A stretch of 62,463 bases of DNA, the filler included, from Collodictyon triciliatum (taxonomy: Eukaryota): NCBI GenBank assembly GCA_043381765.1. It is 5 parts of 5 records of this genome, joined end to end, with 100 filler letters (N's around TTAATTAATTAA, not from the genome) between each part and the next. Parts side by side here need not be neighbours in the genome. Positions count along the whole stretch, not along the records: positions 13,202 to 19,901 come from JBHJMP010000186.1; positions 20,002 to 25,669 come from JBHJMP010000188.1; positions 25,770 to 33,397 come from JBHJMP010000189.1; 2 more parts are not named here. One strand, 5' to 3'. The translations under genes were made by a program, and so were the position numbers. Position 1 is the stretch's first letter; every line of letters starts with the position of its first letter. Positions 13,202 through 26,118 of this stretch are shown here, one piece after another. The notes under the pieces are model-generated. The model did not search any database. It was not told the DNA's origin and was given only the letters and a program-made list of their open reading frames with translations.

Positions 13202-14563
13202 AAAAAAAAAAAATAACAATCATCAATTTGAGTAGTTTTTTTTTTTTTTTGCTTAATATGGCTGAGTGTCCACGCCAGAGAGAATTGCCACAGCAAGCCA
13301 CCCGAGCAAAACGCACATGACACAAACGAACCTTGCATCCGACGTCACGTATTCTTTCCCTCCATCGTTGTAGAGTTCAGCCAACCAAAGACGCACGAGC
13401 ATCTACAGTGATAGAGTTTTGAAGCTGTGGTTGCTGAACAAATCCTCAATCCCTTCAGACATACAATCACATCACATTCCTCAGCGACGTTTGTGGGGTG
13501 ATGGTGGGCGCATCAACAGGAATTAAGAAACATGAAGAGACGAGAAACGGGTGCTACCTCAATAGCAAACAGAACGCATAAAGCCACTCTTGGCGGACGT
13601 TCTTTCCTTCCGCACTGAGCCAAACAAGTGCTTCCCTGGAAAGTGTGCCTCTTTGAGAATTGTCTCTCAGCGGCTGAGCAAGGCACACCTTTTTGTTGGC
13701 ACATAGGAACGAAGTCTATGCTCAACCCATCAGCATCAGCATTACAATCACTGCCAAAATATCCGCCAAGGAGAAGGTTGAGCTGGCCTACTCGGGAGTC
13801 CTCAACACATCCTGCATCCTCAAGTGGTTTTTAGACAGGACAACTGGGTCTGCTGTTGTATTATCATCGACGGTCAAGGCGAGGCAGAAGCGGGCCTTTT
13901 GCCACCTGTTTTGCTTCTGTGCACTTGCCTTCCACCGCTTCAATCCATTTCAAGCCATTCCAGAAAAAGAAAAAGAAAAAAGAAAAAAGTAAAAAAAGTA
14001 AATAAATAGATTAAAAAGGTAAAAAAAAGTAAAAAAAGTAAAAAAAGAAGAAAAAAGAAGAAAAAAGAAGAAAAAAGAAGAAAAAAGAAGAAAAAAGAAA
14101 AAAAGAAAAAAAGAAAAAAAGAAAAAAAGAAAAAAAGAAATAAAGAAAAAAAGAAATAAAGAAAAAAAGAAATAAAGAAAAAAAGAAAAAAAGAAGAAAA
14201 GAAAAAAAGAATAAAAGAATAGAAAAAGGATAAGACACCCGGCTACAGTCACACAGTAAAATAATAATCGAATAAGTTGCACTGAAACCAAACCAAATAA
14301 AAAAAACGCGAGCCACTCTTCCCACTCATTACATACGGTATATTCAATATGAATAAATTAATACGACACCCGCGTTCCACAAGCACGATCTTTTCTGCGT
14401 CTTTTTTTTTTTTCCCTCTTTTTTCCCTCTTTTGTTTCTTTCTTCACATTCGGTGTGGGCGTTTGTTGGCGGGCGTGTTTTGTCTGTGTGCCTTGCATGG
14501 CCGAGTCTGCCCATCTTCTCACCCACACGGCCACCTCCTCTGTCTTAGAAAACGGCGCTCACC

Positions 14564-17500
14564 ATGTCGATCGACAGTCAAATCAATGTCGAGTATGTTC
14601 TCCTTGCCGAGTTTGACGTGGACAAAGGAGTTACGCTTCGACAACAATACCCACGGCCGATCGGAAAGGATGCCGAGTAAGTATCCCACCTCAGACTAGA
14701 CTCCGGAAGTCTTGCCAATAAATGAATAAATGAATAAATGAATAAATGAATAAATGAATAAATGAATAAATGAATAAATGAATAAATGAATAAATGAATA
14801 AATGAATAAATGAATAAATNNNNNNNNNNNNNNNNNNNNNNNNNNNNNNNNNNNNNNNNNNNNNNNNNNNNNNNNNNNNNNNNNNNNNNNNNNNNNNNNN
14901 NNNNNNNNNNNNNNNNNNNAAATGAATAAATGAATAAATGAATAAATGAATAAATGAATAAATGAATAAATGAATAAATGAATAAATGAATAAATGAATA
15001 AATGAATAAATGAATGAATAAATAAATGAATAAATAATAAATAATAAATAATAAATAATAAATCAAAAATCAATCAATAATTATGACAAAGCAGAATAAA
15101 ATTATCAAATATTATTACATACAAGAAAAAAGGGAAATGAGTCTTGTAAAAAAAAACTCACGCTCAAGAAGATAAAGGAATGGAAAAGGTTGAGTGAAAC
15201 CACTCTTGCTCCTTTCTGTTTCTTCATTTTGAGCCTTAAATCACATCTCAATATGATACAATGACCGAGTCAAAACTGTCCAACTTTTCTTTCTTCGCAG
15301 GGTGATTGGTTCACTTATGCTTCCCGACGGTGCGCACAATCGTGACTTGGATCTAGTCACGTTTCTTGTCAAAGTGCCTGCCTCAGATTTGGAGGATAAT
15401 TCAGAATATGTAATAATAAATAACCACAGCCTATCAAATGCCTATTTTCTCTCTTTTTAATGTTTTTTTTTATCTCTGAGTAACCCTCACTTTTATGCTT
15501 TTGATTTCATTCAATTCTACACAATATAAATGCATGAATAAGTTCTGTAAAGCACTTACAATACAAATATCATGTTTTTTTTTAATCGGCTGGTTCTATT
15601 CCATCGCTTTATTTTACCGTCTATGATGAAAAAAAAAACACATCAAGTTGAAGCTTCTGGAAAAAAAGTACCTTATCTTTCCAATGGAACATTTGATGTG
15701 CTTTTAAATATGAATGCTAGTGTATACTTTAAACCGTTAATTATGATTAAAATGCTGATTTCAGATAATCTCAAATTTATTTCATGTATCGATATAACCA
15801 CAGAAGAAAGAAAGGCTCATTCCTGGCAACGGCATACATTTACAAGGAAAATCAAGGTCTGAATTTCATAATCTTGACCATGTGTCTTTGTACTTCATAA
15901 CATAATGTACCCTAGATTGGAGCTTTCTTGAAGACTGTGATAAACCCTGTACCGTATGGATCGAAGAGTCGTCTTTGTTCATTCGGTCGCCTGCTGGAAT
16001 CGACGTCAAGATGTAATTTTGTCATCATATATTTGGCTTCAATATGTATATAGTATGGCTGTCCGATATGTATTCGGTAATCCTTTCTTGATATTGTCTG
16101 ATAAACATGCGTTTATATGTTCTCGTTTACTCTTAGAGAAATGCACCGAGGATTGAGATATACAGTCGACGAAAACCAAATGCACATCGTGCACAACAAA
16201 TACGGAATCGCATATGGTATTATCTTAAACGGGAAATACTTCGTCTTTACTATTTTTTTTTGTTTTGTTGTTGTTGATCAAAAATTACTCTCTGTTTGGG
16301 AAAAGTGGCCTCTTCAGATTTATAGCATATTTATTTACACGAAACCACATATAGCTTTGCATTTTCCAAAGGCTGAGTCAGCCAACTTATTTCAGAAGCA
16401 AATGCAAGATATGCAATTTTACTCTGAAAATGATGAACTGAAAGGGTATGTGGATGAAATCCTATTTAGCCAAGAGGAAGAAGACGCTTGGAAGATAGAC
16501 GAAGTTTCAGAAAGCAGAATGATGTATTGCTTTTGTGTTGTAAAAACAATGAAAGACGTAACGTTTCGTCGGGGTGCATCAATGAAATCAATAGCAATTT
16601 GTTCACCGTACCCTTTTGTACATATATTTAAGGTTTTCCCCTCAATTCAAATCTTACGTATAAGCTCCAACCCAACTCATAATCCATGGAAATGATTTCT
16701 CCTGTATTTTCAATCAAATGGCTTTGATTCCCTCCCTCAATTAAATTTAAATGTCCATTTGGGCCATTAACAGGATTTGATTGATTCTGCGTTGACAAAA
16801 TATTTTCAAGATCCATCCGAGAGCGTCTTGGCTGAGCTCTATGACTCTCTTAATATGCTTGACATCAAAGCAATACCCCGCCTTTCCCCTGCACAAAAAT
16901 CGGTATGTTTACATGATACATCCCCTTCTTCAGATTAACCATACCTTTGCTCAAATTCCTTTTCATACTTTGTTCTGAGAACACACCATCATCATTATTA
17001 TTATTTTAGAGCTTCTTTTGACCTTATCGACCATATTATATCTAAAATATGTACATTTTCGGGTATTAAAGGTATTTCGAAATCTTTGGCTTGCCACAAA
17101 AAAGATGGAGAAAAAATTTGAGATCACTTTTGAAGAAACGAAGCGTATAGTAAAAGTGCCACTTTGTCATTATCAAGATGAAGTTGGAGAGGTAATTCAA
17201 AATTATAGTTATTTGCCCTCACTTGATGGTTTATGCCATACAAGAATAAAATAAAATAGAAATAGATCAGTTTGAATCGAATTAAGGAAAAAATATAAAT
17301 ATATTCCTTTTTCTTTCATCACTCAGCCTTCAGTCATTGGATTGGTTAGGAGATTCCCCCAGAATTTCATGGCTATATTTAATGCAATTTTGTTACAGAA
17401 AAGGGTGGTGTTTATTGGCACTTACTCACCAATACATGAGATATGCAGTAGTGTTTTATCAGGTTAAAATTCGAACAACTTACGAAAATTGAGCTTATTG

Positions 17501-19731
17501 ATATTTGCTTGGTTCATTATTGTGTTCTTTGTTTTTTCAGTTTTCCATCTAATTGTAAGTATTGATGTAATTGCTGTTTCGTGCATTTAGCTATTCTGAT
17601 GCTCGCACCCCCTCTGGCTGGCGTGGTGTATAGAACATTTCCATACGCCAGTCTTGTCAATGTGAACTCAGTTCTTCAAACGTGATTGTTTCTTCATCAT
17701 CATATTCTTGTTTTGTACATAGGAACCGTACATTTACATAGAAAGAGTGGCACCATATTTCTCTTGTGATGCATTTAGTCCTTAGATAGCTAAGGTTATT
17801 TATCGGCCTTAAGAAGTGCTTTTTTTTTTGAATTAAGGCACCTATTGTAATATTTTTAAAAATATCTATCGTCGTCTTTTTCTGAAAAAGGCCTGGCTAT
17901 ATCGCTGGCGTGAGTAACCCGATGTTTGAGGAAAAGATAAACTGGTGGGACGTATTGTGTGACTTACAAACAGGCAAAGTTACTATAAGCCCTTCCATCA
18001 AATTTACAACGCAATTCGACCTTGAGTATGGCACACATACAGAATATGACAAGAAAATTGCCGAGCAGGTTATAAATTATATATATATTTGGTATTGTTC
18101 TTACGCATGTCATATTCTATTTGCATCAGGATATTTCTTGGGAAAATTGTTAAATTTGTTCAGCATTTTTGTATCGCCCAACATCTCTTCTATCGGATTA
18201 ATTAACCTTTTGGAGGAGACATCATTTTCCCATCCTTTTTCATCAAAATGTGTATTTCCATTCAAATAGGTGCTGGCTGCGCTTTCTGCTGGATTCGGGG
18301 AAGAGCGTGTTCGATACATTTTGCAGGGATATGCTTCTCAAATATTGCACGCTGCATCTGGGACAGAGATATATGGAGATGCTGCGGAGATGCGTGCTTT
18401 TGAAGAGGCAAACAGAGCACGTTTTGTACCGCTTGTAGATACCGATGCTTACATCTATTATAGCCAGGTTCATTGGATGGCAGTATCTTCTATCCTTTAA
18501 TAAGATAATGAAATAGAGAGAAAATATATAAGATGACATCATGACAAGAAAAGAAAAGAAAAGAAAAGAAAAGAAAAGAAAAGAAAAGAAAAGAAAAGAA
18601 AAGAAAAGAAAAGAAAAGAAAAGAAAAGAAAAGAAAAGAAAAGAAAAGAANNNNNNNNNNNNNNNNNNNNNNNNNNNNNNNNNNNNNNNNNNNNNNNNNN
18701 NNNNNNNNNNNNNNNNNNNNNNNNAAGACAAAAGACAAAAGACAAAAGACAAAAGACAAAAGACAAAAGACAAAAGACAAAAGACAAAAGACAAAAGACA
18801 AAAGACAAAAGACAAAAGACAAAAGACAAAAGACAAAAATAAATAGTTAGCTTTTTATACTGAAAGGCACTTTTACGCCAAAGCGATTTCCAACAATTTA
18901 ATAACACAACCAGGTTCAAAAGAAGCGATTGCTTGTTTCTCCGTTGCAAGGATTTAACGTTGCTGAAAAGGCAAAGCTCCTTCGAATCCAAAAGACGATG
19001 CCGGAAGAAGAATTATTGGCTGTCTACGAAAGTATACACACTCGAGTGCAAACAAATGGACAAGTTGTGCAGGTATTCCTTTTAGACAGAGTAAATGGCT
19101 TTATGAACCGAGTGATAGTGTTTTTGTACAAATGGAGAACAATAGAAAAGCAAGGGGCGCTTGTATTCGTGTATTCCTAACCTTTTTTTATTTTTATTTT
19201 TTGGACATACATTCGTTATGATATGGTCATGAAAAAGGAAGTGATTATCCACCAGCGATTGGCGTTATCATCGGTACACATTTTCTCACAATTATCCAGC
19301 TTTTGGCAGAGTTTCCAGACATCGCCGGAGGTTTGAATCCGCTGGCGTTTGGGTTGCTTCATCGGAACGAGATGATTCGAAGGATGACTTTTGATTTGCT
19401 CCTGAGAATCAGTGACACGAAGGTTTCTTGACTCCATTTATCGCTTCTCTTGTGTGATATGCATTAACATATTTGGATAACAGAGATGTTCCGAATTCAT
19501 CTTGGGGTTGCGTTTCCCCCTTTTGTTTTTAAGCCATTCCCATAACGCGTGAAATGTTACTGTCGTGTTCTTTGTTTGGGTGAATTCTGACGTAGTTTTG
19601 CACTGTACTCATAAAAGATTGGGGAGAAGCTGATGAATAGCCTCAACTTCTATCTCCAGGCCGCTTATCAACGACAGTACACAAATCGGTCTAGGGAGCG
19701 CATTTCAGAAAGTCACCATGCAGACGAATAA
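14564..19731 (+). CDS. Afi1/MesA (SPA)-family DENN-like polarity/trafficking protein with embedded EVH1/WH1-like domain, complete multi-exon gene
   Basis: VEYVLLAEFDVDKGVTLRQQYP; LMLPDGAHNRDLD; VVKTMKDVTFRRGASMKSIAICSPYPFVHIFK; NAILLQKRVVFIG; RTFPYASL; PGYIAGVSNPMFEEKINWWDVLCDLQTGKV; GGLNPLAFGLLH; stop TAA 19729-19731. These motifs are characteristic of fungal MesA/Afi1 homologues. Confidence 0.88.
14718..15060. repeat. (AATAAATG)n intronic repeat spanning a gap
   Basis: Same unit on both sides of Ns 14820-14919. Confidence 0.95.
18546..18838. repeat. (AAAAG)n then (AAAGACA)n intronic repeats flanking a gap
   Basis: Directly visible. Confidence 0.95.
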
Positions 19732-19734
19732 AAG

Positions 19735-20135
<401 letters not shown>

Positions 20136-20599
20136 CAAAAAAAAGAAAAAGAGAAATAGAGGATGAGAAGATCATAGGATCAGAGAAAAATGAGAGGAAA
20201 AGAGGATAAATAGCCCGTATGCGGCGTTGCTGCACTCTGAAGCTGGCACGAAAGAGGTGTTTGTCCAAATTCTGCCGTTTGTGGAAACAAACCAGCGTTA
20301 CTGAGTCCAAATAATTTTGCTGTTTATTGTGCATTTGCTGTTGTGGCACTTTGTTGAACGCTCCTTGACATTTTATTCATAATTCGGTCTTGACCTTCTC
20401 ATTCATTCTCAAATATGTAGATTGTTCGCTTTATCAATTCAGTCTGTCGACCCTATTCGAGCTTTTATTCCTTTTTTTTATTATTATTTTTCCACAAAAA
20501 AACTAGCCGTAAAAAAGGTTTATTTTATCTGGCTTCGTGTGGTGGCTGCGCTGAGGTTTATTTGTGTAATCACGCGGGTTGCGATGATATTGTCGAGAT

Positions 20600-22141
20600 T
20601 TACTTCGCACCGAGTTGCTCCACGAAACGGCGATTGTACTCAGCAAGTTCGACTTCCTCTGGCCGAGTCGCATCCACTACTTCAGTGATTTGACGCTGCA
20701 ACTCTCCCGACCGTGCGAGAAGGTATGCAAGTCTCCTACGTCCTTGGATAAAGCTTACCAGTTGTTCCTCAAATAGGAGTGCATCCGGTGCCGGGAGTCC
20801 GTGCTTTGCTGCAGAAACCTGCAATTAAGAAATCGCATACATTAATGTGCTCTCACAAATATGTTTGCAGGGTTGGTAACTGTAAAAGTGTTGTGACACT
20901 TACTTTTGGATGGATAAGGAAAGGCGCCTTTGCCAAGGTGAATTCAAGAGACGCTTCAAGTTGTACTTGTCGTTCCACAGATACGACAATTATAGCCTGT
21001 AAAAAGATTGATTTATTGAAGATGGTACTTAATAGCTGGATATATATATGGTTTGCGGTTGATCGTTAGTGCTCGACACCTTTTTGTGGTTCTCAGCCAC
21101 AGAGAGTTGGTCATGAATTTTGGTTGAATTAGATGATGCCGCTGAAAGGACAAGGAGGAAGACGGTCGAACTGTGGAAAAAGTTATAGTTAATTCTTGAA
21201 TCGATTAAAAATAATGACAGAAGGAAAAAGAAGAAAAAGAAGAAAAAGAAGAAAAAGAAGAAAAAGAAGAAAAAGAAGAAAAAGAAGAAAAAGNNNNNNN
21301 NNNNNNNNNNNNNNNNNNNNNNNNNNNNNNNNNNNNNNNNNNNNNNNNNNNNNNNNNNNNNNNNNNNNNNNNNNNNNNNNNNNNNNNNNNNNNAAAGAAG
21401 AAGAAAAAGAAGAAGAAAAAGAAGAAGAAAAAGAAGAAGAAAAAGAAGAAGAAAAAGAAAAAGAAGAAAAAGAAGAAGAAAAAGAAGAAGAAAAAGAAGA
21501 AGAAAAAGAAGAAGAAAAAGAAGAAGAAAAAGAAGAAGAAAAAGAAGAAGAAAAAGAAAAAGAAAAGAAGAAGAAAAAGAAGAAGAAGAAAAGAAGAAAA
21601 TGTGACACATGCTTCTTATTGAGATTTGAAGGTTTAAATAACCAAAATGTACCGCAGGATATCGCCTGACCCGCCGGCAGTATGTGTGATAGATTTGCGA
21701 TCGAAAAGGGCCTTTAATTCGTTGGCAGTACCAGAGTCGCTTGTGATATGGCTTATGTAAACACCACATTCTCCTACGCCAAGAAAAAGATTTAAAAGAT
21801 CTTTTAAAAAAGGGATTATAAAATAAACATAAATAAAGCGATTGACAAAATGGATGATATCGGTTATATTTCGCTCCGTGGATATGGATTCTGGCCAGTA
21901 TGTACCTTCGAGTGCCTAAAATGAGACATATAGATTATTTAGGTGTTTGTATGGAGATATGTACCATGAGGGTACACCTACCGTACTTTCCACTGTCATT
22001 CTTCCTTCATCTTTCTTTTTGGATTTTGCAGCTAAGATACATAATTTGAGTATTTGATTTTGTTTAGCGCGAAAAATTCTGTTATCCATAAATAATTTAT
22101 TAGGGCTGTAAAAAGTCAACATTCCACTAATTATGATGTAA

Positions 22142-22238
<97 letters not shown>

Positions 22239-25200
22239 TTTTCTCTATCCGACCAGGTTAATAATATCTTACCCTGTAAAAACAAGGGTTTGATGCCGGA
22301 GGCTAGTTGAGCCAATCGCTCTTCGTATCGCTCTTCCTCAGAGAAATCCAAAACCTGATTTCGTAACACGAGAGATTCCAAATCGATGTTCATCTTTGCC
22401 TTGTTTTTCCATATAGATATGATCTAAATCCAAAATCAAAGAAAGTAAATCAAAATAATTTTCCCGTCCGAATGGCATTTACAGATTATGATTAATATTT
22501 AAGAAGATCCAGACAATGTCTAATCTAGAGAAGACTAAAATTCCGAAATTGAAGTACGCACACAATAAATAAATAAAATGAGCAAATGCAAAAAGCAAAA
22601 AGCAAAAAGCAAAAAGCAAAAAGCAAAAAGCAAAAAGCAAAAAGCAAAAAGCAAAAAGCAAAAAGCAAAAAGCAAAAAGCAAATAGCGAATAGCAGAGGA
22701 ATAAAGAAACGACGATTCATTAAGAAAGGCCTACAGGAATATCGTTTTCTTTCGCAAATTGCAATCGAGACATGCAGTAGGAACCCTCTTCGTCAGCCGA
22801 AGCATACGAAATGATGAAAATAACAGCGCGAGATATTTTATACTTTTCCTGCTCCTGCAATGAAAGGGCGCTCTCGACGACAGCAGGTTTTTTCACGTAG
22901 CTAAATAGGTCGCCATATCTCTTCGAATAAGAAATCTGATAGAAAAATATTTGATGTCTAGTACTTGGGGTTCTCACCTGGTGATAAAATAGTTGGATAG
23001 CCCTTTGGATAATTTTTGACTGTATTCCAAATCCTTGGGCGAAAAGATAATCTGTACATCGGCTAATTTCACCAAGTCTGGGCAACAAGTAATTATTTGG
23101 AGCAAATGAAAATTATGTTTTAAAAATCAAATACACCACATTATATGCCATTCTTTATCCAATTTATGACCATTTCGATAAGAATAAAACAAGCAATTTT
23201 TTATTTTAAAAAAGAAAGGCATATGAAGGACATTAAGCACTTTTCTTCGCACATAATTATCAATACCTTTTATAGGAAATGCATCTTCCAGCTTCAAATA
23301 GTCTAATGGGGACTTAAGAGTAGAGTCCTTTAGAAGAATATCGCCTTTTATTCAAGTCAATTTTTATATAAATATTGCGAGGATAATACCGAACCAGTGA
23401 TTTGTAGAGTGTCAAGAAAATTGAGAGGATAAGTTAATTTTGGGACATCACTTCAAGTACTGAATTTACAAAAAAAAGTATGAGCTGATTATAATTTCCT
23501 ATAAACAAATGATGGAATAAAATCCCATTATTTAATATGCTTTGTCATAAACCTTGATATTGGGTCAACAATCGCAAAATATCAGTTCGGTTGTGGATTG
23601 CAGCAATATGCAATGGGGTCTTCCCTGTCTTTTCAACCACGTTGGGATTTACTTTGGCGTCTAAAAGAATCTACTTGCATGATGATAAGCTTAGCACCGG
23701 GATCTCATCAGCCACAGAATCAAGAATTATTTACTTGAACACATGGTTTGTATCCTTGCTCAACAGCGATGTGGAGCGCTGTATTACAATTCAGGTCGAC
23801 ATGGTTGAGATGCAGTTGATGAGGTGTATTCACTAGCCTCCTATTCAGGAGAAACAATTATGATGTTGATTAACTTCGAGAGGCGAAACGATATTTGCTT
23901 AAATCGGATCATATAAAAATCTCTCTGTAGCATGGCAATATAGAGCGATATATATAGGGAAAAAGGAAAAAGGGAAAAAGGAAAAAAGGAAAAAAAAAGG
24001 AAAAAAAGGGGAAAAAAGGGGAAAAAAGGGGAAAAAAAGGGAAAAAAGGGGAAAAAAGGGGAAAAAAGGGAAAAAAGACGGCGGAATGTGAGTGAATAAT
24101 CATTGAGAGAGGCATATACACATGGCAGATACTCATACTTCAGACTCTCTACGTTTCCATTCATCGCTGCGATGTGTAAGGGTGTTTGCTGGTTACTATC
24201 TTTTGCCGATGGGAGCCACCCATGCTCCAGCAGAGAGGAGACGATTCTTGTAATTATTATTTGACATTAACAGAAATATCTATGAAATTGAACAAACCGT
24301 CCAGAATCCCTTTAAGAAAAATCGAAGCCAAGATTCAGTATCATGTCAATTCAAATCGAAATATAGAAGTACAAGTGATGGTTCAACCGGGCTGCATGAT
24401 GCAGGGGAGTGGCCATGTCCTGATCTACTGAACCTGTCACAAGATCCCTGAGCATTTTTGTCTGAGCACCGTAGGATTTGAGAACTTTTTCAACTTCTTT
24501 GTGGTCACCATCGATTGTGTATTGCATCAAAACTTTACTGGCTGATTCTATGGATAGTCAAATTATCATTTATGTGATTGCGAACGTATTGTTCAACTAG
24601 AGTCACATAGATTATTGAAACATTCTGAAATCTGATTTAAGGATAGTTTTAAAGTAATCAATTATTTAAGAAATGTGGTCGATGGGATTATAAGTAGGTG
24701 TTTTCATATAATATTTACCTATATATACCAGTGTGATATATTTTCCCACAGAAAGTTTGAGTGGGTCCTTAATAATCCCTAAAAGCGTCGGAGCAAAAAC
24801 ACTATTTGGGTCATTCTCCTCTATATTTTTATTTTAGTTAATAAGTTATGTTCGTAAAAAAAACCACTAGAAATTTATAATTAAACGAATAAGCACAAAA
24901 ACAGGAGATAATTTAAAACCATCGGTATCATCCTCGTCGCTATCATCTTCACTTTCATCAGTATCATCGCTCTCTCCTATATCTTTTGAAGAATAGCCCA
25001 GTTGCATATACTTATTCCATCCCCATAGATATAGATTCCTAGAGCCTATGATGCAATGGTTATATAAGGATAATAGACTTAATTGTCCATAATGATTCTG
25101 AGGTTATAAAGTATTATTAAGATATTTGAATTTACGAGTAATTGCTGCTGTGTGACTTCCACCCGCACGAATTTCAATGACAGGTTCAGGTATTGCCGAT

Positions 25201-25437
25201 ACGTGTCTTGGTGTGTACTGATCCTTCTTTGTCGTATAGCCCAATTGGCCATTTTCGTGCAGTCCGCAAGTAAAGACCTTGCCATCAGCTGGATAAGAGA
25301 AAAATATTATTATTTTTGTTGGCGATGACCCTTCCGGATCCATGGGGCGAGAGGTGATATGTAATAATGATATATTATTCACATACACATGAGGAAAACT
25401 GTGTGATTATCTCCACATGATACAAAAGTAACCGTCC
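20600..25437 (-). CDS. RCC1-repeat + ankyrin-repeat + two TIR-like domains protein (TirA-like), 5' partial
   Basis: RCC1: VSCGDNHTVFL, DGKVFTCGLHENGQLG...IRAGGSHTAAIT, GNLYLWGWNKYMQLG. ANK: ATPLHHAARLNH, QTPLHIAAMNGNVESLK, NTALHIAVEQGY, GKTPLHIAAIHNR. TIR-like 1 (23051-22273): IIFSPKDLEYSQKL...SRAVIFIISYASA...SYCMSRLQFAKENDIPIISI...LDFS. TIR-like 2 (21773-20740): VYISHITSDSGTANELK...STVFLLVLSAASSNSTKIHDQLSVAENHKKAIIVV. Stop at 20600. Confidence 0.78.
21225..21600. repeat. A/G-only intronic repeats (AAAAAGAAG / GAAGAAGAAAAA)
   Basis: Directly visible, spans a gap. Confidence 0.95.
22142..22237. repeat. (AAT)n intronic microsatellite
   Basis: Directly visible. Confidence 0.95.
22588..22683. 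repeat. (AAAAAGC)n intronic microsatellite
   Basis: Directly visible. Confidence 0.95.
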
Positions 25438-25669
25438 TATCTCGACAATTTTTTTTTATTATGAGAAGGGAAAAACGTATTTTAGTGATGTATATAAAAA
25501 TATTTATTGACAAGGAGCGATTATAATTTTTCTTTTTACTAAATTCATAATAAAAAGTAGGAAACTGACCAAAAAGAAAAAGAAAAAGAAAAAGAAAAAG
25601 AAAAAGAAAAAGAAAAAGAAAAAGAAAAAGAAAAAGAAAAAGAAAAAGAAAAAGGAAAAGAAAAAGAAA

Positions 25670-25769
25670 NNNNNNNNNNNNNNNNNNNNNNNNNNNNNNN
25701 NNNNNNNNNNNNNTTAATTAATTAANNNNNNNNNNNNNNNNNNNNNNNNNNNNNNNNNNNNNNNNNNNN
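25670..25769. other. Artificial scaffold linker
   Basis: TTAATTAATTAA at 25714-25725 inside Ns. Confidence 0.95.
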
Positions 25770-25943
25770 TATTCTTTTATTCTTTTATTCTTTTATTCTT
25801 TTATTCTTTTATTCTTTTATTCTTTTATTCTTTTATTCTTTTATTCTTTTATTCTTTTATTCTTTTTGGTGAATTATAGTAGAAACAGCTATCGTAATGT
25901 ACATCATGTTGTCGTTATCTTTTAATCGTTGTTAGTGTATTAG

Positions 25944-26063
25944 GAAATGGACCAAAAGCAACAAATGCTCTCTGCTATGGTCTCAGAAAAAGAAAACGCT
26001 TTAAAAGAGCAAAACGTGAGTTAGATTTTGTTTAACTCTGTTTCCTTACTGATTTAAAAAAAA

Positions 26064-26118
<55 letters not shown>

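Noticed and set aside
21906-21915. 10-nt microexon (GCACTCGAAG) in the TIR gene
   Set aside because: AG/GT flanked and in phase, but not required, because simpler phase-1 joins also keep the frame. Unsupported without transcripts.
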